Assembly (NCBI GenBank): GCA_016932015.1
Contig: JAFGDQ010000066.1
Span: 23,617-87,616 of the forward strand
Source of the DNA: Spirochaetota bacterium
Lineage (GTDB): Bacteria; Spirochaetota; UBA4802; JAFGDQ01
Direction of reading: 5' to 3'
Length of the DNA stretch: 64,000 nt
Shown here: one piece after another, positions 40,597-47,641 of the stretch
Layout of the letters: each line of letters starts with the position of its first letter
Position numbering within the stretch: position 1 is the stretch's first letter
The notes under the pieces: model-generated
Databases searched by the model: none
What the model saw: only the letters and a program-made list of their open reading frames with translations
What the model was told of the DNA's origin: nothing
Made by a program: the position numbers and the translations under genes

Positions 40597-41716
40597 TAAC
40601 AGCTCTGTAACAATTCTTATTATTGATGATGAAGCTGCCATCCGGCAGAGTTATACCTTTTGCCTGGAGGATATGGGTTATCGGATTCTGGAAGCGGAAA
40701 ACGGCCGTGTCGGGGTTGATATATTTGAAAGGGAACACGCGGATCTGGTTCTGGTTGATTTGCGGATGCCTGAAATGGACGGCCTGGAGGTGCTCTCATA
40801 CATTACGGAAAATTCTTCCGATACTCCTGTTATTATTGTATCCGGAACCGGTATGATGAGAGATGCTGTGGAAGCATTGCACAGGGGAGCCTGGGATTAT
40901 ATTTTAAAGCCTATTGAGGATATGCTTATTCTTACTCATGCTGTTACAAGCGCTCTTGAAAAAGCAAAGCTTATAAAAGATAACAGGGCATATCAGGAGC
41001 ATCTTGAAAACCTGGTTGCGGAGCGCACAAAGGAACTTGAAAAAAGGAACAGGCAGCTGGAGATTTCCAGGCGTCAGATCATAGGAATTCTGTCACAGGC
41101 TGCAGAGTACCGTGATTTTGAAACCGGCAATCATTTTCTGCGTGTTTCGGAATATTCAGCCTGCATTGCCGGCTGCCTTGGATGGGATGAGGAGCAGGTG
41201 AATAATATTCATCTCGCAGCCCCGATCCATGACATAGGAAAGATCGGCATTCCGGACAGCATTCTGCTGAAAAACGGTACTCTTACTGATGATGAATGGG
41301 ACCATATGAAAATGCATTGCCAGTACGGGAAAAATATTCTGGCAATAAATAAATTTGTTAAAAAATTTCTTAATATTGAGGAACTGGATGAGGAGGAGAT
41401 TCAGTCCGATTACAGCGATTCAATAATAGAAATGGCTGCGAATATCGCGTTAAACCATCATGAATACTGGAACGGTGAAGGTTATCCGCTGGGTCTCAAG
41501 GGAGAGGAAATTCCTATAGAGGCACGGATCACATCAGTGGCTGATGTTTTTGATTCGCTTGGGAGTCACCGCCCCTATAAGGAACCCTGGCCTGAAGAGG
41601 AATGCCTGAAATATATCGAGGAAAATTCAGGCATCAGGTTTGATCCTGATATTGTAGAAATATTTTTGCAGAATATTGATACGATCAGGGAGATAAAGGC
41701 GAAATATACGGATTAG
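40589..41716 (+). CDS. response regulator with HD-GYP phosphodiesterase output domain
   Basis: REC (IIDDEAA...DLVLVDLRMPEMDG), then HD domain with HD..K and HHEYWNGEGYP (HD-GYP) motifs. Confidence 0.85.
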   Translation: MNDNSSVTILIIDDEAAIRQSYTFCLEDMGYRILEAENGRVGVDIFEREHADLVLVDLRMPEMDGLEVLSYITENSSDTPVIIVSGTGMMRDAVEALHRGAWDYILKPIEDMLILTHAVTSALEKAKLIKDNRAYQEHLENLVAERTKELEKRNRQLEISRRQIIGILSQAAEYRDFETGNHFLRVSEYSACIAGCLGWDEEQVNNIHLAAPIHDIGKIGIPDSILLKNGTLTDDEWDHMKMHCQYGKNILAINKFVKKFLNIEELDEEEIQSDYSDSIIEMAANIALNHHEYWNGEGYPLGLKGEEIPIEARITSVADVFDSLGSHRPYKEPWPEEECLKYIEENSGIRFDPDIVEIFLQNIDTIREIKAKYTD

Positions 41717-41733
41717 ATTTTTATCGTGATTTT

Positions 41734-41769
41734 TAGTACAAATACAGCGGGTGCGAATCTGGATTCCAT
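41734..41769 (-). pseudogene. orphan fragment: last 12 codons (WNPDSHPLYLY*) of the asnA-like gene
   Basis: 31/34 nt identical to 43291-43324. All three differences are synonymous third positions. Bounded upstream by an in-frame stop. Confidence 0.7.
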
Positions 41770-41881
41770 TTAATGCTAAGTTTTTTTTATCTGAATAACC
41801 TCTGGTTTAAGAAAGAGATTATTCAGATAATTGCAGATTAGCCTTTTTTTAATATTTTTATAAAAAAGTATTTCCAGATAA

Positions 41882-43123
41882 TTAATCTATACCTACACAG
41901 TTAACAAAATATGAGCCGTAAGAATTTTGTGAATATGAATAACTTGCGCCTCCATCACCCCATTTCCAAAAATTAGTATAATCAACAGTTGTCTGCCAGT
42001 AGGTTGACGTTGATCTTGGCGTAAAGAATCCCATAAAGTAGTAAATTGATGAATCAGGTGGGAGGGGTACTGCTGTATATGTAGTATCAGTATTATTATA
42101 GTAAAATCTATTCCATGTGTAGCTTGATGAATTTTTAATCCATAGTGCAAAATGGTCTGATTCTAAATGAGGATCTTCTGTATGCGTCATTTCAGTTGCA
42201 GGAATATATGTATCACCCCAGGTTAAAGTTTCTCCCATTCCTGTATTATACGAACTCGCACTCCATGTAATTGATCCCGGTTTAGAAGCGTAAGTAACTT
42301 TGTGTACAGAATCAGGTTGATTCTGAGAGCTTGTGCTTGAGCTGATATGAGTTGATATTATACCTGCTGTCCCATTGACGACCCTGAACGTGTAAATAGT
42401 CGATGCGCTGTCAGCCCATCCTTCCTGCCCGTAATCATCCTTGTAGCTTTCAATTCCAGAATAGTCTACAGCAGATATTGTATAATAATAATGAATATCC
42501 GCTGTTACTGAAAGATCGTCATATGAATCGTCCACTGAAGAACCGACATAAGTAAAAGGTCCCCAAGCTGATTCTCCTCTATATATTTTAATATATGCTG
42601 CATCTCCATAATGGTTCCAGGATATATTTACATAATCTGGATACGTCCCTTGACTAGGCCAATTCAATCCTGGTGTATCAATGGTTGATCCCGAATTTGA
42701 TGACCATCCTTCATCTGCTGTACTTTTTGAACTAGTGGAATTGGCAATAGTAGAACTTGTTGCTGTTACTGCATACCAGTAATGAGTGTCCTGAGTCGCA
42801 GATGTGTCAGTCCAAGAAGTTATTGTTGCTGGATCAGCCGAGCCAACTTCCTCATTGATATCATCTGGTGAGGTACCGCGAAATATGGCATACCAATCAG
42901 CATTACTGACGGAATTCCAGCTAATGATAACATAGTTAGCATAGATACCGTCAGTTGCAGTGACTCCTGTCGGTACTGAAAGTCGGCTGTCATCGCTACT
43001 ACTACCACCGCCACAATAAAGAAAACCAGACATAAATAAACACGATAAAACCAAACATAATTTTTTCATAAAATGTCTCCAGATAAAATAGTATAAAGGT
43101 TTTAAAGGCGAAAGGGGCTTCAC
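41882..43123 (-). CDS. cell-surface lipoprotein with fibronectin-III-like repeat modules
   Basis: Signal plus Cys (FMSGFLYCGGGSS). Two modules with (Y.NYV.ISWN....A.Y.I.RG.S) signature. Ser/Thr-rich linkers. Trp-rich C-terminus. Confidence 0.6.
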   Translation of the reverse strand: MKPLSPLKPLYYFIWRHFMKKLCLVLSCLFMSGFLYCGGGSSSDDSRLSVPTGVTATDGIYANYVIISWNSVSNADWYAIFRGTSPDDINEEVGSADPATITSWTDTSATQDTHYWYAVTATSSTIANSTSSKSTADEGWSSNSGSTIDTPGLNWPSQGTYPDYVNISWNHYGDAAYIKIYRGESAWGPFTYVGSSVDDSYDDLSVTADIHYYYTISAVDYSGIESYKDDYGQEGWADSASTIYTFRVVNGTAGIISTHISSSTSSQNQPDSVHKVTYASKPGSITWSASSYNTGMGETLTWGDTYIPATEMTHTEDPHLESDHFALWIKNSSSYTWNRFYYNNTDTTYTAVPLPPDSSIYYFMGFFTPRSTSTYWQTTVDYTNFWKWGDGGASYSYSQNSYGSYFVNCVGID

Positions 43124-43290
43124 CTTATAGTTTTTTATATGAAGCAGGTAAATATAAATTATGACTTATTTATATTTAAATAAAAAACCAGAATAATTTA
43201 TGGTTTATAGTAGTCAAGCCGGTTACAAAAAAGAATTATATTTTTTTTATAATATAGAAATGTAATTTTTGTATTTTGCAGGGTCTTTTT

Positions 43291-44526
43291 TTAATACAAA
43301 TACAGCGGATGCGAATCCGGATTCTTCCCGAAGAAAGTAACATCGTCAATCTTCTGTATTTTCTCGCCTTTCAGAAGAGTGTACAGGGTACGCTCAATGC
43401 CTATGCCTCCGCCGAAAGTGTCAGGGAAAAGCGGGTTCCCGTTTTCGTGCTTCATGGCTACGAACTGAAGGAAGGGGCCGTAGCCGCCGAGTTCGTCAAT
43501 ATTTTCGATGTTTCCGTTCTTCAGAACAGGCCTTGAAGGAAGTATCTTGTTGTCTATGATTCTTTCGACAATCGGCTCATACAGCCATTCGCGAATGGCG
43601 CCTGAAAGGATTTCTCTTGCCTGAGAGTGTTTGCCTGTTTTCAGGTCAATGCTTTTTGCGAGTATATCATAGTTAAAAACATTGGTGGAGTTTACGTTTG
43701 AGAAATCAATCCTGGTTCCGTCCGGATAAAGATAAGGATAAATGAGGTCATAGTTTTCACGAAGCAGTCCCGTAATCCAGAAAAACTGCGCGTCAGTTGC
43801 TTCGCCTGCTTTCTCCTCAAAGTTTTTTGCACCGTATTTTTTAACGCAGTCGTCCTTGTGAAAACTCGGGAACGGAGTTTCGGGAACGCTCAAAACAATG
43901 CTGAGGTCTTTCAGGTTTTGCGAATTATTTTTGTTAATCTCTTCGCAGGCGAATACTATCATTCTTTCAAAAAAATCTTTTGCTTTGACCATGTCTTCGT
44001 TCAAAGCATCAAGTACCATCTGTTCCTTATTAAAGTAATCATCGAGAGTTATTTTTCTATCGCGTTTTATCTCAATGTCCATCTGTGAAAAATCTGCAAG
44101 GTATTTACCGCGCTGTGCTCCTGTTGGGCTTTCTATTTCAAGACGAATGTTGGGGGAGTCCACAAAGATACCTTTGATGCGCGGATTGGAGCATGCGAGA
44201 AATTTGCTGTAAATCATGCTGTGCGTGGTAAGATATGTATGGCCCTTGTATTCTATTGCAGGTGTATGTTCAATATCATGCGCGAGCGGATCTGTTATAA
44301 TGCTTAACATGATTTTTTCAAGGTTGAAAAGTCCTTCCTTTACAAGAAACTGGTTCATTGCGTTTACAAAGCTGGTGCGTATTGCAATGACATTATAAAG
44401 TTCGTCGGATATCCATTTGCCGGAGTAATTCGCTTTTATGTAATCCTCCATGGTTTCGCCGCCTTCATTAATTGCTGACTGGAACCTGAAAAGACTTTCG
44501 CCTATAACCTTGATTTTATCTTCCAT
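43291..44526 (-). CDS. asnA: AsnA-like aspartate-ammonia ligase (class II aaRS catalytic-core paralogue)
   Basis: 411 aa. Class II aaRS-like core with motif-3-like GGGIGIERTLYTLL. No anticodon-binding domain. Longer than E. coli AsnA, so the call is tentative. Confidence 0.6.
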   Translation of the reverse strand: MEDKIKVIGESLFRFQSAINEGGETMEDYIKANYSGKWISDELYNVIAIRTSFVNAMNQFLVKEGLFNLEKIMLSIITDPLAHDIEHTPAIEYKGHTYLTTHSMIYSKFLACSNPRIKGIFVDSPNIRLEIESPTGAQRGKYLADFSQMDIEIKRDRKITLDDYFNKEQMVLDALNEDMVKAKDFFERMIVFACEEINKNNSQNLKDLSIVLSVPETPFPSFHKDDCVKKYGAKNFEEKAGEATDAQFFWITGLLRENYDLIYPYLYPDGTRIDFSNVNSTNVFNYDILAKSIDLKTGKHSQAREILSGAIREWLYEPIVERIIDNKILPSRPVLKNGNIENIDELGGYGPFLQFVAMKHENGNPLFPDTFGGGIGIERTLYTLLKGEKIQKIDDVTFFGKNPDSHPLYLY

Positions 44527-44596
44527 ATTATTTTTTACCCCGATGATATCGATAATTTATGATAAATTTTCTATTTCAGCCGATAAATTACTTTTA

Positions 44597-44613
44597 TTGA
44601 CAAATAATGTCAA
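44597..44613. promoter_or_regulatory. perfect palindrome TTGACAAATAATGTCAA in divergent asnA / gatA-aspS promoter region
   Basis: 6-bp arms TTGACA/TGTCAA with a 5-bp AT spacer, centred in the 205-bp divergent intergenic region. Confidence 0.35.
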
Positions 44614-44731
44614 ATAGAAGATTTGGCAAAGTTAACATTATTGTAACAAAATTTTTTTTATTGCGTTGCGCCATGTTAAATATTATCATATTTGTCCTAT
44701 TTGACTAAAATAATGTTAAAATCCGGTATAT

Positions 44732-47620
44732 ATGAGCTTAATAAGTGAAAAAAACGCGAAAGAGATAGTTACTCTTGTAAATGAAAAATCACTGTCATGT
44801 GAGGAACTGCTGAATGACTGTTTCAGCCAGATTGAGAAATATGATCCTGTGCTTGAAAGCTTTATTTCTTTATATGATAAAGAGACACTTGTAAAAGAGG
44901 CAAGGGAGAGCGACAGCAGGCGGTCAAAAAACGCACAATTGAGCGCTATTGACGGGATTCCTCTTGCTGTTAAAGATAATATCCATTCACAAGGCATACC
45001 TACAACATGCGCTTCCAGAATACTTGAAAATTATAATCCTCCTTATGATGCTACTGCCGTAAGTCTCATTAAAAACAGCGGCGGTATTATACTCGGTAAG
45101 ACCAATATGGATGAATTTGCCATGGGGTCAACATGCGAGCATTCAAGCATGTGCCATACACGGAATCCGTGGGACATTCACCGTGTACCGGGCGGCTCAT
45201 CTGGCGGGTCTGCGGTTGCTGTTTCGGCTGGCATGACTCCGTTTGCTCTCGGAAGCGATACAGGCGGGTCTATTCGTCAGCCTGCGGCTTTCTGCGGAGT
45301 AACAGGTTTAAAACCGACATACGGGCTTGTCTCACGCTACGGGCTTGTAGCATATGCTTCATCGCTTGACCAGATAGGACCAATGTCACGTGACGTTTAC
45401 GGAAACGCGCTGCTGCTGAATATAATAAGCGGTTATGATGTGAATGACTCCACATCGCTTAACCATGAAAAGACAGATTATACTGCAAAACTCGGACAGG
45501 ACATAAAAGGAAAGCGCATAGCTGTTTTCAGGGAGCTTTTAAAAGAGGGAATTTCTCCACAGGTAATGAGAGAATTTGAGAAATCTCTTAAAGTATTAAA
45601 AGAGCAGGGCGCATTAATAGAGGAAGTTTCTTTTGAAGCAGTCAGGTATGTGATCGCAGCGTATTATTTTATTGCATGCGCGGAAGCATGCTCAAATCTT
45701 TCCAGATACGACGGCGTGAAATACGGATTCAGAAGCGGAAAACAGACAGATTATCAGGAAATGCTTTTCACAACGCGTTCCTACGGATTCGGCAAGGAAG
45801 TAAAGAAAAGAATTCTTCTTGGAAACTTTGTCCTTTCCTCAGGTTATTATGATGAGTATTACAGAAAAGCGCAGAAAGTCAGAACACTGATAAGAGATGA
45901 ACTTAAAAAGATTTTTGAAACTGCTGATGTAATTGCCATGCCGACAACTCCTGATATTGCTTTTAAGCATGGAGAGAGCAGCCTTGATCCTATGAGGATG
46001 TATCTTTCTGATATTACAACTGTTATACCGAATCTTTCCGGCCTGCCTGCCATCAGCATTCCGTGCGGCATGGCTGACGGTATGCCTGTAGGGCTTCAGT
46101 TCATAGGCAAACCGCTCGATGAGCAGATGCTGCTGCAGGCGGCATCAATTTACGAAAGCAGCAGAAAAGAAAAATATATTCCTGAGCTTGATCATATTCT
46201 GGATGAGAATGTACCGGGTAAACCGCATTCGGATTCACAGAAGAAAGATGTTTCAGTAAAAGCCTCTGTTTACACTATGAAGGATGTTAAGAAGATTTCC
46301 GAAACCTACTCGGAAAGAACATCTAAAAAGAGCAGAGTATACTGCAGGGACCTTGATTCAAAAGAAGGAAAGAAAGTAACTCTGGGCGGCTGGATTCACA
46401 GCAAAAGAAATCTCGGCGGAATTGATTTTTATATACTCAGGGATAAAACAGGATTTACACAGCTTGTACTTGAAGGCGAAAAGCCGATAGAAAAGCTGAA
46501 CCTTGAAACTGTAGTTGAGGTTTACGGCCGCGTTACAAAAGAAAAACGCAGCCCGTATAGAAATATAGAAATTAAAGTTGAAAAGCTGGATATACTCGGC
46601 CATGCGGAAAGCAGTCTGCCGTTAAATATCAACAGCAGTCTTGAAAATATTAATTTACCGACAATACTCGACAACAGAACCGTATCGGTAAGAAATCCTG
46701 AAATACAGTCAGTTTTCAGGCTGCAGTCAAAAATAGTTAAGCATTTTTCGGATTATCTGAGAGACAATGATTTTACCGAGATAAAGACTCCGAAGATAGT
46801 TTCAAGCGGTGCAGAGGGCGGCACTAATATTTTCGAGCTTAAGTACTTTGACCGCTCAGCTTATCTTGCGCAGTCCCCGCAGTTTTACAAGCAGATCATG
46901 GTGGGCAGCGGCATGGAAAGAGTATTTGAGGTCGGGCCTGTGTTCAGGGCTGAACATCATGATACTGTGCGTCATTTAAATGAATACACCAGCATGGATT
47001 TTGAAATGGGATTCATTGAGAATGAGCAGGATGTCATAGACATGCAGGAAGCTCTGATAAAATATATTTTTAAAAATCTAAAGAATGATTTTAAAGGGGA
47101 CGCAGGGTATAAGAACATGTCATTTGATGTTCCCAAAAAATTCCCGCGCATACATTTTCTTGAAGCTATGGAGATTCTGTCATCGCTCGGCGTAAGGGAT
47201 ATGGAGGAAGGAGATATTTCCCCGGCAGGTGAAAAAGCGTTATGTGACTATTTCGAGGAGAAGGAAAATTCTTCCTTTGTTTATGTCGTAGGCTACCCTG
47301 TAAAGAAAAGGCCTATGTATACAATGCCTGATGAAAGGCTGCCCGGTTATACCAGAAGCTTTGACCTTTTATATAAGGGAATTGAAATAACAACAGGCGG
47401 GCAGCGCATTCACGATTATCATCAGCTCAGGGATAACATTGTGGATTTCGGTTTTAATCCGAGAGAGTTTAAAGATTATCTTGATATATTTAAGTACGGA
47501 ATGACCCCGCACGGCGGTCTTGGAATGGGGCTTGAAAGGCTTACAATGAAAATAATGAATCTTAAAAACATCAGGGAAGCAGCACTGTTCCCTAGAGATA
47601 TAAACAGGCTTACGCCTTAA
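44732..47620 (+). CDS. gatA-aspS: fusion protein: Glu/Asp-tRNA amidotransferase subunit A (GatA) + archaeal-type aspartyl-tRNA synthetase
   Basis: Residues ~1-485 carry the amidase signature GGSSGGSAVAVSAG...GSDTGGSIRQPAAFCGVTGLKPTYG. After a ~45-aa linker come an OB-fold (VTLGGWIHSKRNLGGIDFYILRD) and class II motifs FRAEHHDTVRHLNEY and GGLGMGLERLTMKIM...FPRDINRLTP. Single uninterrupted 962-codon ORF. Confidence 0.85.
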   Translation: MSLISEKNAKEIVTLVNEKSLSCEELLNDCFSQIEKYDPVLESFISLYDKETLVKEARESDSRRSKNAQLSAIDGIPLAVKDNIHSQGIPTTCASRILENYNPPYDATAVSLIKNSGGIILGKTNMDEFAMGSTCEHSSMCHTRNPWDIHRVPGGSSGGSAVAVSAGMTPFALGSDTGGSIRQPAAFCGVTGLKPTYGLVSRYGLVAYASSLDQIGPMSRDVYGNALLLNIISGYDVNDSTSLNHEKTDYTAKLGQDIKGKRIAVFRELLKEGISPQVMREFEKSLKVLKEQGALIEEVSFEAVRYVIAAYYFIACAEACSNLSRYDGVKYGFRSGKQTDYQEMLFTTRSYGFGKEVKKRILLGNFVLSSGYYDEYYRKAQKVRTLIRDELKKIFETADVIAMPTTPDIAFKHGESSLDPMRMYLSDITTVIPNLSGLPAISIPCGMADGMPVGLQFIGKPLDEQMLLQAASIYESSRKEKYIPELDHILDENVPGKPHSDSQKKDVSVKASVYTMKDVKKISETYSERTSKKSRVYCRDLDSKEGKKVTLGGWIHSKRNLGGIDFYILRDKTGFTQLVLEGEKPIEKLNLETVVEVYGRVTKEKRSPYRNIEIKVEKLDILGHAESSLPLNINSSLENINLPTILDNRTVSVRNPEIQSVFRLQSKIVKHFSDYLRDNDFTEIKTPKIVSSGAEGGTNIFELKYFDRSAYLAQSPQFYKQIMVGSGMERVFEVGPVFRAEHHDTVRHLNEYTSMDFEMGFIENEQDVIDMQEALIKYIFKNLKNDFKGDAGYKNMSFDVPKKFPRIHFLEAMEILSSLGVRDMEEGDISPAGEKALCDYFEEKENSSFVYVVGYPVKKRPMYTMPDERLPGYTRSFDLLYKGIEITTGGQRIHDYHQLRDNIVDFGFNPREFKDYLDIFKYGMTPHGGLGMGLERLTMKIMNLKNIREAALFPRDINRLTP

Positions 47621-47641
47621 CAGTACAATCCGGCGGCATAG

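Noticed and set aside
41734-43326. possibility that the 34-36-nt direct repeats are a CRISPR array or attC sites
   Set aside because: Only two copies, 1.5 kb apart. They derive from protein-coding sequence (asnA 3' end). No cas or integron-integrase genes nearby.
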